Positions 37,894 through 54,228 of a DNA stretch of 64,000 bases are shown here, in pieces. The notes below the pieces were generated by a model. That model worked only from the letters and a program-made list of their open reading frames with translations, had not been told where the DNA came from and searched no databases. A program made the position numbers and the translations under genes. Source of the stretch: Dictyostelium discoideum (lineage: Eukaryota); the NCBI GenBank assembly GCA_000004695.1, contig CM000152.2, positions 4,960,001-5,024,000 of the forward strand, in the 5' to 3' direction. Within the stretch, counting starts at the first letter, position 1. Each line of letters opens with the position of its first letter.

Positions 37894-40502
37894 ATGAATA
37901 AAAGTAAAGTAACTAGTAAAAAAGTTGTTGCCGAAACTAAAGTTGTAAATAATAAGAAATCTGAACCAATTGCAGTTTCAGAACCAAAGAAATCAGTTTC
38001 AAAACCAACAACAACTGCAACAACCACAGTTTCTAAATCACCAGTTTCAACAATTACCACTCAAATTTTAGGTAAAAGAACTAAAACTCCAGTTGTAAGA
38101 GATGAAGAAAATGAAGATGAAAAATTAGATTTCGGAAATATTGATTTAAATAATTATAATAGTGAAGATGATGAAGATTATGAAAGTGAAGAAGATGATG
38201 AAGGAGATGATGAAGAAGATGTTGAATCACAAAATGGTAGTATTGTATATTCAGAATCTGAAGAAGAAGAAGAAGGTGGTATTAATAAAGCATTATTAGA
38301 AGCAGAGGAATCATTAGTTGAATATCAATCAGAAGATGATAGTGGTTCAATTTCATCAAAATCATCATCATCAACAACAACAACAACAACAACAACTAAA
38401 AAAACTAATAATGATGAAGAAGAAGTTGCACCAAATAAACAATGGACAAATGATCCAAATCAATTTTATGATAGTGATGATTCTTCTGAGGATGAAGTAA
38501 GTATATAATTTTGTTAATTTTTTAAATTATTTTTTAAAAAAAAAAGTAATAATAATATTAATTAATATTATTATTATTTTTTTTAAAAATTTTTTTTTTT
38601 TAGTCATTAGTAAATAGAATTGGTAATATACCACTTGAATGGTATGATGATTATGATCATATTGGTTATGATGTTGATGGTAATAAAATTATGAAAACTG
38701 AATCAATGAAAGATTCAATTGATAAATATTTAGATCAACAAGATCCAAACTTTTGGAGAACAGTATATGATAAAGTTAATGATAAGAAAGTTGTACTTTC
38801 AGATGATGATATGGCATTATTAAAGAGTATTCAAAATAAACATTTCATACCAGGTTATGATCCATACGCAGATTGGTATGATTCAGGTAACAATCATCCA
38901 GATTCAATTCATCCAATGCATAATGCACCAGTACCAAAACGTTCATTCTTTCCAAATGGTACAGATGAAGAGAGAGAGATTCGTCGTTTAACAAAGGCAA
39001 TTCGTATGGGTTGGATTAAATTGAATAAAAAGGGTAAGAAGGGTGAAAAGGATAAGAAAGATGGTAACTTTGATTTATGGGCTGATGAAGGTGAAGAAAA
39101 AGAGAAAACCAAAGGTATCAGACGTATTGCAGCACCAAAACAAAAGCTACCAGGTAATGTTGAATCATTCAATCCACCAGAAGAGTATCTCTTGAATGAG
39201 AATGAACTTAAGGCATGGCATTTAATGGATCCAAGAGAACGTCCACACAATTTCATTCCACAAAAGTATCAATCACTTCGTCAATTACCAATCTACAATA
39301 AATTGATTAAGGAACGTTTCGAACGTTGTCTTGATCTTTACCTTTGTCCACGTACAACTCGTGTTAAACAATTCACAAAGGATCCAACTAAATTCCTTCC
39401 AACACTTCCAAAACCACAAGATCTCCGTCCATTCCCATCCCATGAGGAAATTCAATTCCTTGGTCATAAAGCTCGTGTTAGATCCATTTCAATCTCACCA
39501 AATGGTCAATGGTTAGCTAGTGGTTCCGATGATTGCACCATTAAAATTTGGGAAGTTTCAAGTACACGTTGTCTCTACTCTTTAGAGGTTGAATCTGAAG
39601 TACAAACCGTCGCTTGGAATCCAAATCCAATCTACAATATCTTGGCCGTTGGTTATAGTAATAAAATCATAATTATCACTCCACCACTTTTCGGTACTCA
39701 AACTGAACATTCCCCAGAGACTGAAAAAATTTTAACCAAACCACCAACTGATTCTTCAACTGAACAACAACAAAATAAATCTGTCAATTGGTATCAAGTA
39801 ACTGGTGCTGATAAAGCAAAACTCCTTGAAAAAGGTGTACGTATTGAAATTCATCATCCATTCACTGTAAAGAATTTAACTTGGCATTATAAGGGTGACT
39901 ACTTTTCAACCACATCTCCAGAGGAAGGTACTCGTTCAGTTAAAATCCATCATCTCTCTAAAAGAGCAACTCAATCACCATTTAGAAAGAGTAAAACTCC
40001 AAATCAAGTCACTCGTTTCCATCCAAATAAACCAATCTTCTTTGTTGCCGATCAAAATATAATTCGTGTCTATGATCTCATGAAACAAGAATTAATCAAA
40101 AAGTTAATCACTGGTTGTAGATACATTAGTTCCATCGATATTCATCCACAAGGTGATAATGTCATCATGGGTGGCTATGATAAAAAGGTTTGTTGGTTTG
40201 ATTTGGATCTTTCTGTACGTCCATACAAAGTTTTAAATTATCATAAAATGGCTGTACGTAAAGTTATCTATCATCCAACTTTACCATTATTCGCCTCTTG
40301 TTCAGATGATCTTTCAATTCATGTTTTCCATGGTATGGTTTATGATGATCTCTTACAAAATGCTCTCATCGTTCCACTTAAAATTCTTAAAACTCATGAA
40401 TCTATTAATGATTTAGGTGTTTTAGATATTGTTTTCCATCCAAAACAACCTTGGATCTTTTCTTCTGGTGCTGATTCAACAATAAGATTATATACTAATT
40501 AA
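37894..40502 (+). CDS. bop1: Ribosome biogenesis protein BOP1/Erb1 (WD40). Exons are 37894..38499 and 38604..40502.
   Basis: Exon 1 is acidic and Lys-rich, ending ...DSDDSSEDE with donor GTAAGT. Exon 2 begins with the BOP1NT signature SLVNRIGNIPLEWYDDYDHIGYDVDGNKIMK. It ends with WD40 repeats (LASGSDDCTIKIWEV..., ...GGYDKKVCWFDLD, ...SCSDDLSIHVF). Confidence 0.85.
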
Positions 40503-40936
40503 TAAAAAAAAAAAATAAAAAAAAAAAAAATAAAATAAAAAAAAAATTAAATTAAAAATTGATATTTTTATATTTTCAATATCTGTGGATAATATCTATT
40601 CATTTCCATTCAATTTTTATTTTTTTAAATTCTAAGATAAAATATTGTGTCATAATTTGTAGATTCAATCAAAAAAATCAAGTTCTATTTGTGATACTAA
40701 TTCTCATTAGTTGGATGTGTTATTATTATTATTATTATTATTTTGTTATTTAAATAATTATCTATTTTATAGATACATATTTTTTTTTTTTTTTTTGAAG
40801 ATATAAATAATTTTTAATGGATTAAATTTTATTTATTTTTATTAATTTTCTTTTTTTTTTATTTTTTTTTTATTCGGTTTTTTTTTTTTTCGTTTTTTCA
40901 TTTCAATTTTTTTTTTTTAATTTTATTTCTCCTAAA

Positions 40937-40968
<32 letters not shown>

Positions 40969-40988
40969 CTAAATACCTTTTAATAAAA

Positions 40989-43811
40989 ATGGCAAAAAAG
41001 AAATTTGTAGAAAATACAAACTGGAAAAAGATTGACACAGATAATCAATTAATTTTTGAACAAGGTGGTTTTTTAGGTTTGGAAGAAATTGATCCAAATG
41101 ATTACTTTTTAACTGATAAAAATGTTGATAAAATTGAAAAACAACAAAAACAAAAACAAAAACAAGAACAAGAACAAGAACAAAAACCAACAAACAAATT
41201 AACAACAAAATCAACAACAAAATCAACACCAGTACAAAACAAGAATCAAAAACCAGTTGACAAAAAGAGAAAATCAAAAAAAGGTAATGATGATTCAGAT
41301 AATGAATATAGTGGTTATCAAGATGATAGCGATCAAGATGATGAATACTCTGCAGCTAAAAAGAAACCAAGAATTATAAAACCAACTGAAACAGTTGACA
41401 TGGGTACTGAATTATTAAATTCTTTTGTTGAAGGTACTGTCCATAATAAAAAGAAACAAAGAAAAGGAATAAAAGTTAAACAAATTATCGATGATAATGA
41501 TAATGATTTTGAAGATGAAGAGGAAGAAGTTAAACCACAACAAAAATTACAAAAACAAAAACAACAAGAACAAAAGCAAAAACAACCACAAAAACAACCA
41601 CAACAACCAAATAAAAAAAATAATAAAAAGGAATTACAAAAAGAAGAAGAGGAACAAATGGAGGAGGAGAAGGAGGAAGAAGAAGTACAACAAGAAGAAG
41701 AAGAAGAAAAAGAAATTAAAAAACCAATTAAAGAAAAAAAAGTTAAAACTCAAAAACAAATTGAAGCAGCTAAAAAAAATATTAATAAATTAGAAAAGAT
41801 TAAAAAGAGAAAAGAGATTTCAGAACAAAAAACAATTTCAAAAGAGGAACAAGATCAATTAGATATGTCAGAATGGAATAGTTATAATCTTGATCCATTA
41901 ATTCTTAAAGGTTTACGTTCATTAGGTTTCTCAAAACCAACAGAAATTCAATCATCTGTTATTCCAGTTGCAGTTTCATCAGGTTATGATGTTATTGGTG
42001 CAGCTCAAACTGGTTCGGGTAAAACTTTAGCATTTGGTATTCCAATGGTACAAAGAATTTTACAACATTTAAGAAAACATGGTCAAAATGTTGAAAATAA
42101 AGCTAACAAACAACAAAATGATAATGATGACGAAAATGAAGATGTTGAAGAGGAGGAGGAAGAAGAGGAAGAAGAGGGTAGATCAAAAGAATATAGAAAA
42201 TTATTTTCATTAGTAATTTGTCCAACTAGAGAATTAGCAATTCAAGTTACAAATCATATTAAATCAATTATTTCACATACAAATTTAAAGGTTATTTCAA
42301 TTGTTGGTGGTATGGCATCACAAAGACAACAAAGAGTTTTATCAAAGAGACCAGAGATTGTTGTTGCGACACCAGGTCGTCTTTGGGAATTAATTACTGA
42401 AGGTCATCAACATTTAGTTGAATTGGAAAGTTTATTATGTTTAGGTATTGATGAAGCAGATCGTATGGTTGAACAAGGTCATTTCGCAGAGTTGGAAAGT
42501 ATTTTAAAGACATTACCAATTCATCGTACAGCAATGTCAAAGAAAGAAAGATTAAAAAAGAAAGAAACCGAAGAAAAGCGTAATAAACGTAGAAAAGTTG
42601 ATAAATTAAATGACAAGGGTGAAATGATTAAAGGCGATCAAGATGATATGGATGATCAAATTCCAGATGAAGAAATGGAAGAATTAGAACAAGAGGAACA
42701 AAACCATCTTACAACTACACACAAAAGACAAACATTTGTTTTCTCTGCAACACTTGTAAACATACCAGGTGATGGTGCACCAACAAGTCAAAAAAAGAAA
42801 TATAGAAAATTGACACCAATTGAAAATTTAATTGAAAAAGTTCGTTTCCAACGTGACTATAAATTAATTGATGTGACTCAAAAGAGATTGACAGCAAAGA
42901 ATCTTTTAGAAACTAAAATCTTTTGTAATCTTGAAGAAAAGGATATGTATCTTTATTACTTTGTTGAAAGATATCCAGGTCGTACATTGGTATTTGTAAA
43001 TTCAATTGATTGTGCACGTCGTTTAATTCCAATTTTCAATATATTAGAGGTACCAGTATTTGCACTCCATGCACAAATGCAACAAAAGCAACGTTTAAAG
43101 AATCTTGATCGTTTCCGTACTTTAGATAATGTGGTTTTAATTGCAACCGATGTTGCCGCTCGTGGTTTAGATATTCCATTGGTTCAACATGTAATTCATT
43201 ATCAAGTACCACGTACAACTCAATTATACATTCATCGTAGTGGTCGTACTGCTCGTTCAGATCAAGATGGTATTTCAGTTGTATTGGTAACTCCAAAAGA
43301 ACGTCCACTCTATATTAAATTGGATTCTTCAATCGAGCATGATATTGGTAATTTCCCAACCGATATTCGTTATATGGAGGGTGTTAGAGATAGAATTGAA
43401 TTGGCAAAAGAAATCGATAAATTATCTCATCAATCATTAAAAGATAATAGAGAGAAAAGTTGGTTCAAAAAACAAGCTGAAGAAATGGATATCGAATTGG
43501 ATGGTGACTTTTTCGGTGAAAACTCTGATGATGAACAATCTGAAGATACTCGTATAGCTGAACAAAAGAAACAATTTAAATTAAAACAATTAAGAGCTCA
43601 ATTGAAACACTTACTCTCTCGTTCACTTTTACCAAGAGGTGTTTCTCAATCCTATATCACTGCTTCTGCAATTCAAGAATTAGAATCAAAGAGTCAATCT
43701 TCCGCTGCAACTGATTTCTCAAATAAAGCTAAAAATGTAATTGGTAAAAAAGCAAAACAACTTGCAATTGAAAATCATTCAAAATTTTTAACAAAAAATA
43801 AAAAGAAATAA
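40989..43811 (+). CDS. ddx24: DEAD-box ATP-dependent RNA helicase of the DDX24/Mak5 type (940 aa).
   Basis: Q motif and motif I (GFSKPTEIQ, AQTGSGKTLAF), Ia (PTRELA), II (DEAD), III (SAT), VI (HRSGRTAR). There are long acidic/basic insertions between I-Ia and II-III, as in DDX24/Mak5. The N-terminus is Lys/Glu/Gln-rich. Confidence 0.75.
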   Translation: MAKKKFVENTNWKKIDTDNQLIFEQGGFLGLEEIDPNDYFLTDKNVDKIEKQQKQKQKQEQEQEQKPTNKLTTKSTTKSTPVQNKNQKPVDKKRKSKKGNDDSDNEYSGYQDDSDQDDEYSAAKKKPRIIKPTETVDMGTELLNSFVEGTVHNKKKQRKGIKVKQIIDDNDNDFEDEEEEVKPQQKLQKQKQQEQKQKQPQKQPQQPNKKNNKKELQKEEEEQMEEEKEEEEVQQEEEEEKEIKKPIKEKKVKTQKQIEAAKKNINKLEKIKKRKEISEQKTISKEEQDQLDMSEWNSYNLDPLILKGLRSLGFSKPTEIQSSVIPVAVSSGYDVIGAAQTGSGKTLAFGIPMVQRILQHLRKHGQNVENKANKQQNDNDDENEDVEEEEEEEEEEGRSKEYRKLFSLVICPTRELAIQVTNHIKSIISHTNLKVISIVGGMASQRQQRVLSKRPEIVVATPGRLWELITEGHQHLVELESLLCLGIDEADRMVEQGHFAELESILKTLPIHRTAMSKKERLKKKETEEKRNKRRKVDKLNDKGEMIKGDQDDMDDQIPDEEMEELEQEEQNHLTTTHKRQTFVFSATLVNIPGDGAPTSQKKKYRKLTPIENLIEKVRFQRDYKLIDVTQKRLTAKNLLETKIFCNLEEKDMYLYYFVERYPGRTLVFVNSIDCARRLIPIFNILEVPVFALHAQMQQKQRLKNLDRFRTLDNVVLIATDVAARGLDIPLVQHVIHYQVPRTTQLYIHRSGRTARSDQDGISVVLVTPKERPLYIKLDSSIEHDIGNFPTDIRYMEGVRDRIELAKEIDKLSHQSLKDNREKSWFKKQAEEMDIELDGDFFGENSDDEQSEDTRIAEQKKQFKLKQLRAQLKHLLSRSLLPRGVSQSYITASAIQELESKSQSSAATDFSNKAKNVIGKKAKQLAIENHSKFLTKNKKK

Positions 43812-43879
43812 AATAAAAAAAAAAAAAGAATTACAAATAAATAAATAAATAAAAAAAAATAAAAAAAACAGATTTTATT

Positions 43880-44044
43880 TATTGTCTTATTATAATAAAA
43901 TAAATGACAAAATAATTAATGATACAATTATTAACATTTGAATTTTTGAATTTGGTAATTTAAATGAATCACTCTTTAGAACACAATCATCAATGGTAAT
44001 GGTTTTTGGTAAATATCCAGAATATTTACCATTTGCTTTGGGGG

Positions 44045-44077
<33 letters not shown>

Positions 44078-45484
44078 AAATTAGAAAATTTGAAAATAGT
44101 TTTGTAAAAAAAAACCATTAAATATAAAACATACCAGTTGTTCCACCATTTGTTGGTATAGATGATTTTAAATAGCATTGGTTTCCAGTAAATGTAAAAG
44201 CATAACATAATGGAGTTACTTGACATTTTGCACAACAATCTTGAGGAGTATCAAGTTTAACTAAATATTTTTAATATTAAAAATATTTATTAATATAAAT
44301 AAAAGGTTAAATTAAAAGGATTTGGTTATAAATAATATAATATAGTTACATGTTCCACCAGTAAGATCATTTCCAGCATAATCAAGATTTGGAATTATGG
44401 TACAATTTCCTAAGTTTTTACAACCACAACCAGAAGATCCTGCTTGGCATTCGCATTTTCCATTTTTACAGATACTAATTTATAAATTGAAATTTTGAAA
44501 ATATTGTTAGTAAAATTTTAAAAAATTATAAAAAAAAATAATATTAATATATTACCTTCTTGAACCACAATCAACTTGATAACATGAAGAATCTTTTGGT
44601 GGTTCTGTACAAAATTCACCAGTATAGCCTTCAAGACAAGTACACTTATCACCACCAGCAGATGCAGTGGTTGCATTACATCTACCATAGTAGCCACAAT
44701 TAACGCCATAACATGGTGTGTAATCAGATTTTACAGAACAAGTTGGACCTCCATAACCTGGTTGACAAAGACATAATCCAGAAACACCATCTGGGGCTCT
44801 CATACCACCCATACAGACACCATCATTTAAACATTTAACATTCTTACATGCATTTAAATCCTTTTGGTCAAGACAACTCCATTGAATTAAAAGTGTATTT
44901 AGATTTAAAGAACTCCAACCAGCAGTTCCATAATTATCAATCTCTGTTGGGAACCAATAATTTCCAGAACCCCAACAATTTGGTGATGTTGTAGTATTTG
45001 GACAACCAGAGCAACAATGAATATTTTTGGTTGATCCATCATCATAAAAGGCTGTTACATTTAAACCGGCAGTAAAAGCATCAATATTTGAAATATCAAC
45101 AAATAATAAATTATTATAATCGGTAGCACCACCTTCAAATAATGTATACTCATTACCACATTGTCCTTTCTAAATTAAATTTAAAATTTAAAATAATAAA
45201 ATTAAATTAAAATTGGATTTATTTATAAATTAATTAATTTTTTAAACAATTTTATTTACATTTGTAACTGGAGCTGATCTATCACCAGTACCTTGATCAG
45301 GGATAATATAGGTAACATTTCCATTGAATGGAACATCACAACTTGATTTAACAATTGTTGATTCTAAATAATGAAATTGTGATGGACAATTATTTTCAAT
45401 TACATATTTAAATCTATATGAAAATGATAAATGTACTATTGATAATAATACAAATAATTTTATAATATATTTTTTATTAAGCAT
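43880..45484 (-). CDS. Secreted, probably GPI-anchored cysteine-rich protein with EGF-like repeats and a PAN/apple-like module. Five exons: about 45484..45260, 45171..44555, 44473..44325, 44269..44127 and 44038..43880.
   Basis: Signal peptide MLNKKYIIKLFVLLSIVHLSFS. Exon 2 is open from KGQCGNEY... through EGF-like CxCxxGYxGxxC repeats (LCLCQPGYGGPTC, CTCLEGYTGEFC). Exon 4 reads DTPQDCCAKCQVTPLCYAFTFTGNQCYLK (PAN-like). The C-terminus is hydrophobic (IQMLIIVSLIILSFILL*). All introns are GT..AG. Confidence 0.55.
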
Positions 45485-45889
45485 TTTTTATTTTCCTTAA
45501 AAATAAATTGATAAAAAAAAAAAAAAAAAAAATATATTTATAGTCTCGCAAACCCATTCAAAAATATCTAAATATCCTTCCAAACTTTTTATTTTTTTTT
45601 TTATTTTTTAAAAAAAAAATAAAAAAAATAAAAAAAAAAATGAGTGTTTTTCAAATAAAAAATAAATTCAGACTTCCAATGAATTGGATTTAAGATCTCT
45701 TTGTTTTATTTTCAAATAAAAGCGTAAAACAAAATCTTTTTAGAATGCATTCCCCAAATTCTTTTTTTTTTTTTATTTTTTTTTTTAATTATTTTTTTAT
45801 TTTTTTTATTTTAACTTTAATAATATTAAATAACACCTAATCTCTTATTCCAAAATTTTAAAAACTGTTTTTTTTTTTTATTTTAAAAT

Positions 45890-46110
45890 TTGTTTATTTT
45901 TTAATTTTTTTTTATTTTATATTTTTTGAAGTTCAATTAAATAATTTTATTGTTTTATTTTATATTTTTTTTATTTTATTTTATTTTATTTTATTTTTTT
46001 GAATTTCAATTAAATAATTTTATAATTTTATTTTTTTATTTTTTTTATATTTTTTTTATTTTTTTTCAAGTTCAATTAAATAATTTTATTATTTTTTTCA
46101 AAGTTCCCAG
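45890..46110. repeat. Three tandem copies of a unit of about 65-70 bp (...tttattttatattttttgaaGTTCaattaaataattttat...). Each contains a GAAnTTC-type inverted core. Located in the divergent intergenic region.
   Basis: Copies centre on 45927-45955, 46000-46027 and 46065-46092. A fourth degenerate copy at 46095-46110 reads caaagttcccaggaat. Confidence 0.6.
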
Positions 46111-46284
46111 GAATAAATAAAATATATTGAATATATCACCGTTAAAAGATTTATCACATGAATTTTTTGATTTTTTTTATTGATTTTTTTTTTTTGTAAT
46201 TTTTTTTAATTTTTTTTTTATAATTTTTTTTTTTTTTATAATTTTATTTTTTTTTATTTTTTTTTTTTTCAACAACGAAATCAT

Positions 46285-46454
<170 letters not shown>

Positions 46455-46669
46455 TTTATTTAATCTTAAATGTAAAATAAATAAATAAATAAAAAGAATA
46501 AAAAAAAGAATAAAAACAATAATTTAATAATAAAAAAAATAAAAAAATAACAATAAAATAGTTTTTTATTTAAAAAAATGAATTTTTTTGAAAAGGTACC
46601 TATAAACCTATTTATTTATTTATTTTAAAAAAATAAAGTTACGTGGGAAATTATTTATTTGTTTACTAA

Positions 46670-50931
<4,262 letters not shown>

Positions 50932-50967
50932 TTAAATATATAATAAAAATAATACATTATTATTATT

Positions 50968-51004
<37 letters not shown>

Positions 51005-51507
51005 AAAAAAAAAAAAAAATAAAGTATCAATAAAAATATTTAAATAAAATAGAAACGATTTCAATTATGGTATTTAATTATTCAATAATTTAACAAAACA
51101 TATTTTAATTTTATTTTTTTTGTTTTTAACTCTTGTGATGCTTAGATTAGACAATTTCCATAAATAAAATACAACATTGATCAATTTTATTGGAAGAAAT
51201 TGCAGAGGTTTTTTTTTTATTTTTTATTTTTTAATTTTAATTTTTTTTTAAAATGGACGGACTCAAACTATAAATTATGGTTTATATATAAATAAATTAT
51301 CATCACAAAACCTAAAAAAATAATGTAATTTCTTTTTTTTTATTTTTTTTTTATTTTTATTTATTTTTTTTATATTTTTTTTTTTTTTTTCATTTTTTTT
51401 TTTTTTTTTTTTCATTAATTTTACAACATTTCTATTTTGTGTTCACACAACAATAATTTTTTTTATTTTAATTTCTAAAAAAAACAGTAGTTATATAAAG
51501 AATTAAT

Positions 51508-51696
51508 ATGTGTATTTTAAAATCAGCACCACCAACAAATATTCAATTAGTTAGAACCTATAGATCTCTTCTTAGAAAAGCGAGCAATGAATTAAAATAT
51601 ACAAATTTCGAATATTTCAGATTAAGATTAAACAATTCATTTAAAGAACCAGTTGAAGATGATTATGAAAAATTTAGAAAATATCAAGTATGTTAT

Positions 51697-51728
<32 letters not shown>

Positions 51729-51826
51729 TTTTGTTTTTTTTTTTTTTAAAAAATAAATTATTAACATATTGTTTTATTTAGGACGCACTTTATTTATTAA
51801 ATCATGATTTAGGCAAAACATTATAA
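51508..51826 (+). CDS. LYR-motif (Complex1_LYR-like) small mitochondrial protein. Exons are 51508..51687 and 51782..51826.
   Basis: MCILKSAPPTNIQLVRTYRSLLRKASNELKYTNFEYFRLRLNNSFKEPVEDDYEKFRKYQ, then GTATGT. TTTAG, then DALYLLNHDLGKTL*. An L-x-R/K-x-x-L-R/K motif lies near the N-terminus. Family assignment is tentative. Confidence 0.4.
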
Positions 51827-52014
51827 AAAAATAAAATAAAATAAAATAAATAAAAATAGAAATAAATAAAAATTAAACCTTGTAAATAATCTAAACTAAA
51901 TGACAAAATCATTAATAATAAATTCATATTAAACCAAAATTTCAGTGATTGGAAACATCGCTTTTTTGGAAAAAAAAAAAAAAAAACAATTTTTTTCAAT
52001 TTTTTTTAATTTTT

Positions 52015-52046
<32 letters not shown>

Positions 52047-52058
52047 AAATATTCATAC

Positions 52059-52097
<39 letters not shown>

Positions 52098-52148
52098 TAC
52101 TATATTTTCATATATTTATATATATAAATTAAAAATCAACAATAAAAG

Positions 52149-52945
52149 ATGAGTTTAGTATTTGATGAATATGGTAATCCATTTATTGTGATTAGAGATC
52201 AACAAGCCAAAGAAAGATTAAGAGGTATCGAGGCACACAGATCACATATTCTTGCAGCAAAGACCATTTCAAATATTATGAAATCATCATTAGGACCAAA
52301 AGGTATGGATAAGATGATGGTTAGTCAAGATGGTGAAGTATTAGTTACCAATGATGGTGCAACAATCCTCGAGAATATGCAAGTCGATAATCAAATTGCT
52401 AAATTAATGGTTCAATTATCAAAATCTCAAGATGATGAAATTGGTGATGGTACAACTGGTGTTGTCGTTTTAGCAGGTTCATTATTAGAACAAGCCGAAC
52501 AATTAATTGAAAAAGGTATTCATCCATGTCGTATCTATGAAGGTTATGAAACCGCTTGTAAAATTGCAACTGAACATTTGAAAACCATCTCTGACTCTAT
52601 CGAATTCAGTAAAGACAATATTGAACCACTCATCAAAACTGCAATGACTTGTTTAGGTTCAAAGATCGTCAATCGTTTCCATCGTCAAATGAGTGAAATC
52701 GCTGTTAAAGCCGTCATCTCTGTTGCAGATTTAGAACGTAAAGATGTTAACCTCGAAAATATTAAACTCGAAGGTAAAGAAGGTGGTAAATTAGAAGATA
52801 CTCAATTGGTTAAAGGCATCATCATCGATAAAGGTATCAGTCATCCACAAATGCCAAAAATTATTAAAGATGCTAAAATTTGTTTATTAACTTGTCCATT
52901 TGAACCACCAAAGCCAAAAACAAAAGTAAATTATCATTTTTTCTG

Positions 52946-52983
<38 letters not shown>

Positions 52984-53456
52984 AAAATTTGTTCAATTAT
53001 TATTATTACTAATACATTCATTATATAATTTTTAATATTTTATAGAATTCAATAGAAATTACAAAAGCAGAAGATTTCAAAGTTTTAGGTGAAATTGAAC
53101 AAAAATATTTTACAGATATGGTTGAAAAAGTTAAAGCTACAGGTGCAAATTTAGTTATTTGTCAATGGGGTTTCGATGATGAAGCCAATCATTTACTCCT
53201 TCAAAATAATTTACCAGCTGTTCGTTGGGTTGGTGGTTTAGATCTCGAAAAAATTGCTATGGCAACTGGTGGTCGTATCGTTGCTAGATTCGAAGATGTT
53301 AGCGCCGATAAATTAGGTAGAGCAGGTTTAGTTAGAGAAGTCGGTTTTGGTACAACTCAAGATCGTTACCTTTCAATTGAAGATTGCCCAAATACAAATG
53401 CAGTTACAATCTTTGTTAGAGGTGGTAATAAAATGGTAATTTTCAATTTAATAATT

Positions 53457-53539
<83 letters not shown>

Positions 53540-54049
53540 TAATTAATAATTAATTTATAACTAACAAAATAAATAATTTAAATACATAAATATATATAGA
53601 TTGTTGAAGAAGCTAAAAGAAGTATCCATGATGCATTATGTGTTACTCGTAATTTAATTAGAGATAATAGAGTAATTTATGGTGGTGGTTCATCAGAGAT
53701 TAGTTGTGGTTTAAAGATTTCAGCAATGGCTGATGATATTGCATCCATTGAACAATATGCCGTTAGAGCTTTTGCTGATGCTTTAGATGCTATTCCATTA
53801 GCATTGGCTGAAAATAGTGGTCTTCCATCCATCGAATCTTTATCAACCGTAAAGGCTATGCAAATTAAAGAAAAGAACCCACGTCTTGGTATCGATTGTA
53901 ATCATAGAGACACCAATGATATGAAGGCTCAACACGTTTTCGATACTCTTCCAGGTAAAACTCAACAATTCCTCTTGGCCAATCAAGTAGTTAAAATGAT
54001 TTTGAAAATCGATGATATTATTAAAATGGGTCCAGGAGCTGACGAATAA
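52149..54049 (+). CDS. cct5: T-complex protein 1 subunit epsilon (CCT5). Exons are 52149..52925, 53046..53436 and 53600..54049.
   Basis: [58 protein letters not shown]...[36 protein letters not shown] matches human CCT5 ([36 protein letters not shown]...). Donors are GTAAAT and GTAATT. Intron 2 is largely (AAT)n. C-terminal exon: [34 protein letters not shown]...MGPGADE*. Confidence 0.85.
53458..53545. repeat. (AAT)n microsatellite of about 28 units inside cct5 intron 2.
   Basis: The ORF track reads through it as poly-Asn (53118..53546). The real donor GTAATT lies at 53437, just before the repeat. Confidence 0.8.
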
Positions 54050-54228
54050 AGCGGATCATTTTATTAAAAAAAAAAAATAAAAAAATAAATAAAAAAAAAA
54101 AAAAAAATAAAAAAAAAAATTAAAATACTATTGATATTTATATATATATATATTTTATTCTTTTTACTTTATTTTCTTTGTAATTTCTAAATTATTACAA
54201 GAGCAACCAATATAATATGTGAATATAT

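Noticed and set aside
53118-53546. ORF extending cct5 exon 2 into a 30-residue poly-Asn C-terminus.
   Set aside because: A canonical donor GTAATT at 53437 precedes the (AAT)n tract. Splicing to 53600 restores the conserved CCT5 C-terminal region. Read-through is an artefact.
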